From contig CM075987.1 in NCBI GenBank assembly GCA_038087875.1, forward strand, positions 27,034,001-27,098,000: a stretch of DNA of 64,000 nt, written 5' to 3'. Position numbers and translations under genes: made by a program. Each line of letters starts with the position of its first letter. Within the stretch, counting starts at the first letter, position 1. Below are positions 1-11,089 of the stretch, one piece after another. Under the pieces are notes generated by a model, which did not search any database, was not told the DNA's origin, and saw nothing but the letters and a program-made list of their open reading frames with translations. Source of the DNA: Malacoraja senta (taxonomy: Eukaryota).

Positions 1-34
1 TCTAGGGTTAAATTACAGTAATCAGTTAATTTGT

Positions 35-398
35 AAATTGGAGGAACAGCATCTCATATTTGTCTTGGGAAGCTTACAGCCCAGTGGTATAAATATTGAA
101 TTTCTCTCGCTACAGGTAGCCCCGGCATTCCCTCTCTCTCTATCTCTCCCCCACCCAAGGCACACCAGCTTCTCGTTTTCACCCATCAAACAGCTAACAG
201 CGGCCTGTTTCCTTTATCATCGTTACTTTTTTGCATATCTTTCATTCATTGTTCTTTATCTCTCTCTACATCATCGCCTATATCTCTTGTTTCCCTTATC
301 CATAACCAGTCCGAAGAAGGGTCTCGACCCGAAACGTCACCCATTCCTTCTCTCCAGAGATGCTGCCTGTCCTGCTGAGTTACTCCAGCTTTTTGTGC
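35..398 (+). mobile_element. Penelope-like element 3' fragment (GIY-YIG C-terminus plus terminal repeat)
   Basis: Translates as LEEQHLIFVLGSLQPSGINIEF, the same C-terminal segment that follows the GIY-YIG motif at 11090-11935 and 18700-19035. Ends in the recurrent ...GAAGAAGGGTCTCGACCCGAAACGTC... terminal module. Confidence 0.7.
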
Positions 399-644
399 AT
401 GTAATCAGTTAGTTTAGTTCAGTTGAGTTCGTGCTGCAACAGGAATACATAAGAACTGGAGGTGCTCAGTGATTCCACGCACTTGTAGAGTTGGAGGAGG
501 TTCTGGTGATAGGGAGAATCAGAACCATTAAAGTATCTGAAAGCAAGTGTCACATTGGTAGTTTTATTCAGACTCATTGCCAGGAATGAAGTCATTAGCG
601 GTCAACAAGCTTCGCAGTAATGGCCAAATGTATTTCACGAAGGG

Positions 645-821
645 TCAAAGTATGGACACTGGAGGTTTGGAGAATCTTACATCTGAGGGGCCATCGAGAT
701 GGGAAGCCAGCTAAAAGGATGCAGAATATTGCTCAAGGTATTGACACTGGAGGTTTGGAGAATCTTACATCTGAGGGGCCATCGAGATGGGAAGCCAGCT
801 AAAAGGATGCAGAATATTGCT
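645..821. repeat. 88-bp tandem duplication of unique sequence
   Basis: 655-733 is identical to 743-821. Confidence 0.95.
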
Positions 822-2000
822 GGGGATTCGTTTGAAATCTGGCTGAGTTTAGTTTAAATTAGTTTCGAGATACAGCGCGGAAACAGGCCCTTCGGCCCAC
901 CGGGTCCGTGCTGACCAGCGATCCCCACATATTAACACTATCCTACACACACTAGGGACAAATTTTACATTTACCAAACCAATTAACCTACAAACCTGTT
1001 CGTCTTTGGAGTTGATATCCAATTATCCCCTTATCCTCTTGTCATGTTTCGGTACACTGTGAATAGGATATGGGGAAAAAGTCGGAACGGGCTACTGATT
1101 CTGGATGATCAGCCATGATTATATTGAATGGCAGTGCTGGCTTGAAGGGCCGAATGGCCTATTCCTATTTTCTATGTTTCTATGTTTCTATACTCGACTC
1201 TAATCATGTATTGTCTTTCCGCTGACTGGATAGCATGCAACAAAAAGTTTTTCACTGTACCTCGGTACAGGTGACAATAAACTAAACTGAACCGAACTAA
1301 ACAGTGGTACTAACTTTTTTTAGACTTTGGAGATACAGCGTGGAATCAGCCCTTCGGCCTACCGAGTCCGCGCAGACCAGCGATCCCCAATATAGAAACA
1401 TAGAAAATAGGTGCAGGAGTAGGCCATTCGGCCCTTCGAGCCTGCACCGCCATTCAATATGATCATGGCTGATCAACTCGGGACAATTTACAATTTACAA
1501 TATCCTTCACACTCGGGACAATTTACAATTTTATCAAAGCCAATTAACCTACAAACCCACACATCTTTGGAGGAAACCGGAGCACCAGGAGAAAACCCTC
1601 GCGGTCACGGGGAGACGGTACAAACTCCGTACAGGCAAGCACCCATGGTTAGGATTGAACCCAGGACTCTGGCACTGTGAGTCAACAACTCTACCGCTGC
1701 GCCACCATGCTGCCACACACAATGGATAGCTCGGACTACGCCAAGCGAAAGCGGTCACTTCTATGCTGTCGATCACAAATCAATATGACTGTCCTTGAAG
1801 TGAGATTTTGGATTTTGTTTGCTCAATGAAACAAACTTTCAGATTTAGCGTCATCTGAAGCAGCTGCTGAAGTGAAACTGGAAGCAAACGTACAGCTGAC
1901 ATGGGCTTGTGTCAGCGCCATGCCAAGCACAGCATTGAGGGGCTGGCAAACACCAAACTACACATGCATTGGCTGCTCGATACAGGAAGCTACACTCATA

Positions 2001-2151
2001 GAGACACAGAGACACAGAGACACAGAGACACAGAGTCACAGAGTCACAGAGTCACAGAGTCACAGAGTCACAGAGACACAGAGACACAGAGACACAGAGA
2101 CACAGAGACACAGAGACACAGAGACACAGAGACACAGAGACACAGAGACAC
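2001..2151. repeat. (AGAGACAC/AGAGTCAC)n 8-mer microsatellite
   Basis: Direct reading. Confidence 0.95.
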
Positions 2152-2184
2152 GGAGTGATAAAGTGTGGCAACAGGCCCAGTCTG

Positions 2185-2735
2185 GCTGATGAAGGCTGAT
2201 GAAGGCCAATGTGCCAAAAGCCTTTTTGACTACCCTATCTACCTGCGACTCCACCTTCAAGGAACCATGCACCTGTACTCCTAGATCCCTTTGCTCAACA
2301 ACACTCCCCAGACCCCTACCATTCACTGTGTAGGTCCTGCCCATGTTAGACTTCTCAAAATGCAACACCTCACATTTCTCTGTATTAAATTCCATCAACC
2401 ATTCCTCAGCCCACCTGGCCAATCGATCCAGATCCTGCTGCAATTTTTCACAACCATCTTCACTATCTTCAAAACCACCCACTTTTGTATCATCAGCAAA
2501 CTTGCTAATCTTGCCATGTGTGTTCTCATGCAAATCATTGATGTAGATGACAAACAGTAACGGGCCCAGCACCGAACCATGAGGCACACCACTAGTCACA
2601 GGCCTCCAGTCCGAGGATCAACCTTCCACCATCACCCTCTGCTTCCATCCATGAAGCCAAGTTTCTATCCATTCAGCTATCTCTCCTTGGATCCCATGCA
2701 TCTAACCTTCCAGAGCAGCCTACCATGCGGAACTT
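2185..2735 (-). mobile_element. CR1 (HER1-like) LINE RT fragment
   Basis: ORF 2060..2599 contains SGVPHGSVLGPLLFVIYINDL...KFADDTK...LQQDLDRL...W..EFNTEKC...RDLGV. Confidence 0.92.
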
Positions 2736-2780
2736 TGGTTCATTTTCAAGTGGTCCAAATGATCCATGAACCTATGCATC

Positions 2781-2937
2781 TTCTTCTTCTTATCGAGTCC
2801 ACATCACAAGATTAGAAGTTGTTCAGCCAGAGCTGAACACACATCTCGGCATCTGCATACAATGGCGTCTGTCTTGTCGCTTCTTGTGTGTGGTGGTGGA
2901 AAGATTGGTGGAAGCAGGTCCGCGACGTGAACGCTCT
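2781..2937 (-). mobile_element. Short retroposon, family B: 5'-truncated HDV-like ribozyme head, stem-loop body, (GAA)n tail
   Basis: 12-bp TSD AACCT(A/T)TGCATC at 2769-2780 and 2938-2949. Minus strand starts AGA-GCG-TTCACGT-CGC-GGACCT-G-CTTCCA-CCAA-TCTTTCC and ends ...GATAAGAAGAAGAA. Confidence 0.75.
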
Positions 2938-2949
2938 AACCTTTGCATC

Positions 2950-3210
2950 ATAGTCACACAACGTGGAAACAGGCTCTTCGGCCCAACTTGCCGACACCGA
3001 TCAACATGTCCCAGTTACACACTAGCTTCATTTGGCCCATATCCTTCTAAACATTTCCTATCCAATTAACTGCCTAAATGTCTTATAAACATTGTGAAAG
3101 TGTCTGCCTCAACTACCTCCTCCGTCAGCTCATTCCATTTTACCCTCACCACCGTTGGTGTGAAAAAGTTGCCCCTCAATTTCCAATTAAATCTTTCCCC
3201 TCTCACCTTG
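2950..3210 (-). mobile_element. CR1 LINE 3' end
   Basis: Matches the CR1 3' ends at 34988-35420 and 62445-62893. Confidence 0.8.
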
Positions 3211-3245
3211 GAATGAATGTAGCTGCCAATATAACATTGAACAGA

Positions 3246-3462
3246 AGGTAGACAAACCTGCTGGAGAAATTCAGCGGGTGCAGCAGCATCTATGGAGCGA
3301 AGGAAATAGGCAACGTTTCGGGCCGAAACCCTTCTTCAGACCCTTCTTCTTCGGCCCGAAATGTTGCCTATTTCCTTCACTCCATAGATGCTGCTGCACC
3401 CGCTGAGTTTCTCCAGCACTTTTGTCTACCTTCGATTTTCCAGCATCTGCAGTTCCTTCTTA
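3246..3462. mobile_element. Palindromic Penelope-derived mini-insertion (two inverted terminal modules)
   Basis: Arms are reverse complements. Flanked by a perfect 15-bp direct repeat ATAACATTGAACAGA (3231-3245, 3463-3477). Confidence 0.8.
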
Positions 3463-3752
3463 ATAACATTGAACAGACATTGGCCAGGTACTTAGAAAGG
3501 AAAGGCAGAGTGGGATTCATGGCTAATGTTGTCAAATGGGATTTGTGTGGATAGGCTTTAGGGTGGCACAGACTTACTGCTCCAAATGATCCAATTTCAG
3601 TGCTGTATGTTTATAAAATTCTCAGAGTCTATAAAACCTTGGACAATTGACTTGTGTAAAATGTATTATATCATGCAGAATATGGGAGAAATAGGAGAGA
3701 GCAGAGGATATTGCCTAGGATGGAGGGGTGAAGTTATAAAAGAAGAGTTTCG

Positions 3753-4056
3753 CAGCATGGTGGTGCAGCGGTAGAGTTGCTGCCTCACAGCGCCAGAGAC
3801 CCAGGTTCGATCTAGCCTACGGGTGCTGTCTGTACGGAGTTGGCACGTTCTCCCCGTGACCTGCGTGGGTTTTCCACGGGTGCTCCAGTTTCCTGCCACA
3901 CTCCAAAGACTTACAAGTTAATTGGCTTCAGTGTTGTAAATTGTAAATTGTCCTTAAAACATGTGCAGGATAGTGCTAGTGCGTGGGGATCACTGGTCAG
4001 CGTGGACTCGGTGGGCCGAAGGGCCTGTTTCCGCGCTGTATCACGAAACTAAACTC
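3753..4056 (+). mobile_element. HE1-type tRNA-derived V-SINE, full length
   Basis: A box TGGTGCAGCGG, B box GGTTCGATC, V-domain (GAGTTGGCACGTTCTCCCCGTG...GTTTCCTGCCACA), CR1-like tail GGGCCGAAGGGCCTGTTTCC and (TAAAC)n. Confidence 0.88.
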
Positions 4057-4549
4057 AAAGTTGCTGATGTGTAGGAAGGGACTGCAGATGCTGGTTTAAA
4101 CCGAAGACAGACTCAAAATGCTGGAGTAACTCAGCGGGACAGGCAGCATCTCTGGAGAGAAGGAAAGGGTGACGGCTCGGTTTGAGACCCTGCTGTGAGA
4201 GGTTGCTGAGGTCTCTTCAACACAGACCTATTTTTTAAATAGTGTTAGATTTCAATACTTTTGTCTCATTCCATTGAGACTGATAGCAGCTGCAAAAGCC
4301 AATTGCCAAAGTCGATCAGCACTTGCCAAATGAAAATACAAATAGTGTATTAATGACCATGACATCATAATTACTACTCCATTGAGTGATGATGAACTTA
4401 ATAACAGGAGTTAATATTTTCAGTGTATTTTGCAAAAGGAGCGCTGGTCTTCGGAGCATTTAACTATGCATGTACTGCCATCAAATGGTGTGTTCAGACA
4501 ACTGCCCACTTAAGACAGACGCAATATGCTGGAGTAACTCAGCAAGACG

Positions 4550-5125
4550 GGCAGAAATTGCAGCGAATTACGGACGCAGCCCAGACCATCACGCAAACCA
4601 ACCTCCCTTCTATTGACTCCATTTATACCTCACACTGCCTCGGCAAGGCAAGCAGCATAATCAAGGACCAGTCGCACCCCGGCCACTCCCTCTTCTCCCC
4701 TCTCCCATCGGGCAAAAGGTACAGAAGTGTGAAAACGCACGCCGCCAGATTCAGGGACAGTTTCTTCCCAGCTGTTATCGGGCAACTGAACCATCCTACC
4801 AACAACCAGAGAGCAGTGCTGAACTACTCTCCACCTCTTTGGTGATCCGGGGACTATCTTTGATCAGACTTTCATGGCTTTACCTTGCACTAAACATTAC
4901 CCCCTTTATCTGAAGAAGGGTTTCGGCCCAAAACGTTGCCTATTTCCTTCGCTCCATCGATGCTGCTGCACCCGCTGAATTTCTCCAGCAATTTTGTGTA
5001 CCCCCTTTATCATGTATCTGTACACTGTGAATGGCTCGGTTGTAATCACGTATTGTCCTTCCGCTGACTGGTTAGCACGCAACAAAAGCTTTTCACTGTA
5101 CACGTGACAATAAACTAAACTAAAC
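4550..5125 (+). mobile_element. Rex1/Babar-like LINE 3' end, interrupted by a Penelope module at about 4908-5000
   Basis: LQRITDAAQTITQTNLPSIDSIYTSHCLGKASSIIKDQSHPGHSLFSPLPSGKRYRS...RFRDSFFP is homologous to the C-terminus of ORF 30428..32044. Tail GTGACAATAAA(CTAAA)n. Confidence 0.82.
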
Positions 5126-5513
5126 TCTGGAGAGCAGGAATGGGTGACATTTCAGGTCAAAACCTTACTTCAGTCTGAGAGTCAGGTGAGAGGGGGGGCA
5201 TAGAGATACAGAAGGGTAAGGTGTGAAAACACAAATCAAAGGGGCATAGAATTCTCCGCCGAGGGTTCTGCAACACCCTCTCTCGCTGCTCCCCCTCTGT
5301 GATTCCTCCTGCTCTCCAGTTCTACGGCCCTTTGATATGATTTTTCACACCTTACCCTTTCATATCTCTATATCCCCCTCTCTTACGTCACCCATTCCTT
5401 CTCTCCAGAGATGCTGCCTGTCCCACTGAGTTACCCCAACATTTTGTGTCTATCTTTGGTGTAAACCAACATCTGCAGTTTCTTTCTAGACACAACTGCC
5501 TACTTAAGCTCTT

Positions 5514-5802
5514 TAGTTTAGTTTGGAGGTACAGTGCGCAAACAGGCCCTTCGTCCCACCGAGTCCGCACCGACCAGCGATCCCCGCACATTAACACTAA
5601 CCTACACACACTAGGGACAATTTACGTTTAATATCAAGCCAATTAACCTACAAACCTTTGGAGTGTGGGAGGAAACCGAAGATCCCGGAGAAAACCCACG
5701 CAGGTCACGGGGAGATCGTACAGACTCCGTACAGACAAGCACCCGTAGTCAGGATGGAACCCGGGTCACTGGCGCTGTGAGGCAGCAACTCTACCGCTGC
5801 GA
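5514..5802 (-). mobile_element. HE1-type V-SINE
   Basis: Reverse complement of the 3753-4056 family. Confidence 0.85.
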
Positions 5803-6103
5803 CACCTCAAGATCAAGGAGACTGGAGGTAACTTATTCAATTAGTCTCCCTGACACAGGCAGGCAAAGGCACAAAGTGCTGGAGTAACTCAACGGGTCGG
5901 GCAGTGTCTTTGGAGAACATGGACAGCTGTCGTTGCAGGTCGGGACCCTTCTCCAGACTGATTTTATAATCTGTATACATGACCTATCCTGTCAGCCTGT
6001 CTCATCAACACGCCGCTCCTCAGCAAGTGTAGCCGCCCGCTGCCTCGCAGAGCCAAAGACCCCGGTAAAATCCTGGCCTTACGTCTGCTGGGTTGAGTTA
6101 TGA

Positions 6104-6483
6104 CAATAGACAATAGACAATAGGTGCAGGAGTAGGCCATTCGGCCCTTGGAGCCAGCACCGCCATTCAATGTGATCATGGCTGATCATCCCCAATCAGT
6201 ACCCCGTTCCTGCCTTCTCCCCATATCCCCTGACTCCGCTATTTTTAAGAGCCCTATCTCGCTCTCTCTTGAAAGCATCCAGAGAACCTGCCTCCATCAC
6301 CCACTGAGGCAGAGAATTCCACACTCACCACTCTCTGTGAGAAAAAGTGTTTCCTCGTCTCCGTTCTAAATGGCTTACTCCTTATTCTTAAACTGTGGCC
6401 CCTGGTTCTGGACTCCCCCAACATCGGGAACATGTTTCCTGCCTCTAGCGTGTCCAAGCCCTTAACAATCTTATATGTTTCAA
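6104..6483 (-). mobile_element. CR1 LINE 3' end with (CAATAGA)n tail
   Basis: DTLEAGNMFPMLGESRTRGHSLRI, followed by the conserved CR1 3'UTR. Confidence 0.88.
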
Positions 6484-6774
6484 GAGTTGTTTGTTTTAGT
6501 TTAGTTTAGAGATGCAGCGCGGAAACGGGACCTTCCTTGGGAGTAACACAAATGAGACATGACTGCTCATTCAAATGTGTTTGAATATAGGTCTTAGGGC
6601 TAACGGAATCAAGGGATATAGGGAAAAAGGAGGAACGGGGTACTGATTGTGGACGATCTGGCGGTGCTGGTTCGAAGGGCCAAATGGTCTACTCCTGCAC
6701 TTAGTTTCTATGTTTCTATGTTTTATTGTAAGGGCAGATGTCTCCCAAAAGTCCACGGAGAAACTGGGCGGTGA

Positions 6775-6990
6775 AGTCGGTGGAGCCTTGGTCGGTGGAG
6801 CCTTGGTGGTGGAGCTGGAGCCTCGCCGATCGGTGGAGCCTCGCTGATGGCTGGAGCCTCGCCGATCGGTGGAGCCTCGCTGATGGCTGGAGCCTCGCTG
6901 GTAGGTGGAGCCTCGCCGATCGGTGGAGCCTCGCTGATGGCTGGAACCTCGCTGGTAGGTGGAGCCTCGCCGATCGGTGGAGCCTTGCAG
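6775..6990. repeat. GC-rich 18-bp minisatellite (unit approx. GGTGGAGCCTCGCCGATC)
   Basis: About 10 units of three variants (CCGATC, CTGAT, CTGGTA). Confidence 0.9.
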
Positions 6991-9084
6991 GGCGGTGGGG
7001 GTGCAGGCGAACCGCCGTGAGGGAGGGGGGAAGACCAAAGGAGGAGCCGGCTTGGGATACTTTGTTACTTTGTCAGTGGGTCAGGCAGCATCTCTGGAGA
7101 AAAGGAACCCTTCCTCAGATCCAAAATTCCTTGATCATCGTCGCTGGCTTTGATTCGTCCTTTTGCGCACCTTTCATTCATTTGTTACTTGTACCTCTTC
7201 ATATCTCTCGTTTCCCTCACCCCTGACACTCAGTTCGAATAAGGGTCTCGACCTGAAATGTCACCTATTCCTTCTCTCCAGAGATGCTGCCTGACCCGCT
7301 GAGTTACTCCAGGTTTCTCGTCTCCATTTCACTTTAGTTTAGTTTAATTTAGAGGATGAGGTGACGTTCCGGGTTGAAACCCTTCCTTTTTATCACTGTC
7401 CTTTATGTAGCAACCATTCGCATACCTTGGGTGTTCAAGCAAAGAATTTCACTGTGCCTGGTCACAAGTGACAATAAAGTGTTCCATTGCATCCCCCGAG
7501 TCGGCAAGGAGTTCATCGCTGCCAGTCCAGGGTAATCACTCACAGGGGTGCAGAATTATTCATGTGTCAATACATTTCAATCGCAGACTCATTAAATATA
7601 GATATCAGTCAATACAGTGACCAGTTTACACCATTATCGAGCGGGTTTGTAGTTCAGTCGGCTGGCTTTCCGTGAGGGAAAGCTGACAGGAGATTGACAA
7701 AGTGATCAGAGATGCCTCTTTATTCTCTTTTGGATACAGGGTTGATTAGCAGGGCTGCGCAGGGCACATCTTCCCTGTTTTGGTAATCCCATGTATGTCC
7801 AGCTATGAACTACACCATGGACTGATCCCACAGTGGAATTCTCTGCCGCAGAAGGCAGTGGAGGCCAATTCACTGGATGTTTTCAAAAGAGAGCTAGATT
7901 TAGCTCTTAGGGCTAACGGAATCCAGGGATATGGGGAGAAAGCAGGAACCGGGTACTGATGTTGGATGATCAGCCATGATCATATTGATTGGCGCTGCAT
8001 GGCCTACTCCTGCACGTATTGTCTATGTTTCTATGTTTACATTCCATAGTGAATAGAATGGTGAAATCAATAATAGTGGAAGGCCTGGACAGAGTGTATG
8101 TGGAGAGGATGTTTCCACCATTGGGAGAGTCTAGGGCCAAACGGCACAGCCTCTGAATAAAAGGACGTAACTTTAGAAGTTCGATTCAGTTTCAGTTTAG
8201 TTTATTGTCATGTGTACTGAGGCAGAAAACCCACGCAGGTCACAGGGAGAATGTAGGAACACTGTACAGACAGCACCCGTGGTCAGGATCGAACTCGGGT
8301 CTCTGGCGCTGTGAGGCAGCAACTCTACCGCTGCGCCACTGTGCAGACTATATGAGGCTCCAGATTTCATTTGGTTAATTGCATCAGTACAAACAGACAA
8401 GTGAGTGCATTGCGATATCTGTACCCCGCTGTGCAAATTAATCACCATTCTTTTATCCAGAGACATCTGAAGACTGATGTGGAGCTACCTATGCTAATTG
8501 GCCAATTATCAACGGGAGAAGCACAATTCATGATTTAATTTTGCTCTAACTTACACGTGAGCCGCTGTTGAGTCTGTGATGCCTCGACTGGTCCAGGATG
8601 AAAAGTAAATAGGAGATGTAGTGAGCGAGCAGTGTTTCCACACTTCAGTTCCACATAAAATGATTTGAATGGAAGCTCCATGATGTCGCTGGCTCGTCAA
8701 CCCTTTATCACAGACAAACATTCACTAGCATCTTAGATGCTGGAGTAACTCAGCGGGACAGGCTGCATCTCTGGGGGAAAAGAATAGGTGATAGAAACAT
8801 AGAAACATAGAAAATAGGTGCAGGTGTAGGCCATTCGGCCCCTCGAGCCAGCACCACCATTCAATATGATCATGGCTGATCATCCAAAACCCGGTTCCTG
8901 CTATTTCCCCGTATCCCTTGATTCCGTTAGCCTGAAGAGCTCAATCTAATTATCTCTTGAAAACATCCACTGCCTTCTGTGGCATAGATTCGCAACTCCC
9001 TGGGTGAAAAAGTGTTTCCTCATGTCAGTCCTAAATGGCCTGCCCTTTATTCTTAAACTGTGAACCCTGGTTCTGCACATTCAT

Positions 9085-9182
9085 GCGCGCACACACACAC
9101 TTAAAAACATGCACACTCACATACATATGCACACACACACACGCATGCACTCACACACACAGATGCACGCACACAGGGAATA

Positions 9183-9233
<51 letters not shown>

Positions 9234-9333
9234 CACGCACTCACACACATATGCACACACACACACGCATGCACTCACACACACACAGATGCACGCACAC
9301 AGGGAATACTACACACACACACACACACACACC
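9085..9333. repeat. Compound CA-rich microsatellite with an internal duplication
   Basis: Block GCATGCACTCACAC...GATGCACGCACACAGGGAATACTAC occurs twice. Confidence 0.9.
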
Positions 9334-9360
9334 CCATTTACCAGGTGCAGGAATGAACTG

Positions 9361-9710
9361 TTGAGTTTAGTTTATTGTCACGTGTAGCGAGGTACAGTGG
9401 AAAGCTTTTGTTGCGCGCTAACCAGTCAGCGGAAAGACAATACATGATTACAATCGAGCCGTCCACAGTGTACGGAGACATGATAAGAGAATAACGTTTA
9501 ATGCAAGGTTAAGTCCGATCAAAGATAGTCCGCGGGTCACCAATGAGGTAGATGGTAGTTCAGGACTGCTCTCTGGTTGTGGTAGGATGGTTCAGTTGCC
9601 TGATAACAGCTGGGAAGAAACTGTCCCTGAATCTGGAGGTGTGCGTTTTCACACTTCTGTACCTTTTGCCTGATGGGAGAGGGGAGAAGAGGGAGTGGCC
9701 GGGGTGCGAA
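9361..9710 (-). mobile_element. Rex1/Babar-like LINE 3' end
   Basis: Same family as 4550-5125 and 20424-20905. Confidence 0.8.
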
Positions 9711-10357
9711 GAGAAGAGATGAGAGACAATTTGCTCTTCACCCTGCTCTGGTGACAGCGTTGTGAGATTACTTTGAGAAACTCTCAGCCGTCAATGTTTG
9801 ACGAAGGCAAAGGCTTTGGTGACTAAGGAGATAAAGTTTGTCTGATGCCCAGTTGCTCCCATATCCCAATGCAGGAATGAACTGGAACGAGCATTCCATC
9901 TCGCACTGCCAGCTCCCAATCGCTTTCCAATGGTAGTCACAACCTATTGATATCTGCAGTCGTACAGAATTGGGTCATCAAATTGTCCAGTCATTTCATC
10001 GTGTAATTCACACGGAGCATTTCAAGGCTGATAAATGTCACATTCGGGAAACAAATCGAACAATGTTCCTTGTAGCAAGAAATAATCCATGTAAGGCGAA
10101 TTTCCTAAACTAGTTGCAATATTTCAATTTAGCAGCCTCTTGATAGGGTACATGCAGAACAATAATCACCTATTCTATTGACTGCATCTTTGACGGGCAT
10201 TAATACACAACCACTTTTGAATCATGTGCTGGAAGAAACTGCAGATGCTGGTTTAAACCGAAGATAGACACAAAATGCTATAGTAACTCAGCGGGATAGG
10301 CAGCATCTCTGGAGAGAAGGAATAGGTGACATTTCGGGTCGAGACCCTTCTTGAGGT

Positions 10358-11087
10358 GAGATGCAACGAGACCTGGGTGTCATGGTACACCAGTCATTGA
10401 AAGTAGGCATGCAGGTGCAGCAGGCAGTGAAGAAAGCGAATAGTATGTTAGCTTTCATTGCAAAAGGATTTGAGTATAGGAGCAGGGAGGTTCTACTGCA
10501 GTTGTACAGGGTCTTGGTGAGACCACACCTGGAGTATTGCGTACAGTTTTGGTCTCCTAATCTGAGGAAAGACATTCTTGCCATAGAGGGAGTACAGAGA
10601 AGGTTCACCAGACTGATTCCTGGGATGTCAGTACTTTCATATGAAGAAAGACTGGATAGACTCGGCTTGTACTCGCTAGAATTTAGAAGATTAAGGGGGG
10701 ATCTTATAGAAACTTACAAAATTCTTAAGGGGTTGGACAGGCTAGATGCAGGAAGATTGTTCCCGATGTTGGGGAAGTCCAGAACAAGGGGTCACTGTTT
10801 AAGGATAAGGGGGAAATCTTTTAGGACCGAGATGAGAAAAACATTTTTCACACAGAGAATGGTGAATCTGTGGAATTCTCTGCCACAGAAGGTAGTTGAG
10901 GCCAGTTCATTGGCTATATTTAAGAGGGAGTTAGATGTGGCCCTTGTGGCTAAAGGGATCAGGGGGTATGGGGAGAAGGCAGGTACAGGATACTGAGTTT
11001 GATGATCAGCCATGATCATATTGAATGGCCGAAGGGCCGAATGGCCTACTCCTGCACCTATTTTCTATGTTTCTATGTTTCTATGTT
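10358..11087 (+). mobile_element. CR1 LINE 3' portion, stop-free ORF2 C-terminus
   Basis: ORF 10361..10996 (QRDLGV...LYRVLVRPHLEYCVQFWSP...RRLRGDLIE...RTRGH), CR1 3'UTR and (TTTCTATG)n tail. Confidence 0.93.
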
Positions 11088-11089
11088 TC

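Noticed and set aside
2938..2943. Minus-strand AGGTT as the P1 5' strand of the family B ribozyme
   Set aside because: It lies within the 12-bp TSD, so it is host sequence and the complementarity is probably fortuitous.
5663..5887. Recurrent short ORFs such as WEETEDPGENP and CRCWFKPKIDTKCWSNSAG
   Set aside because: Translations of non-coding SINE and Penelope terminal sequence repeated throughout the window.
6738..7226. 162-aa ORF with WSLADR repeats as a host protein
   Set aside because: Produced by an 18-bp minisatellite and runs into a Penelope module; no evidence of gene structure.
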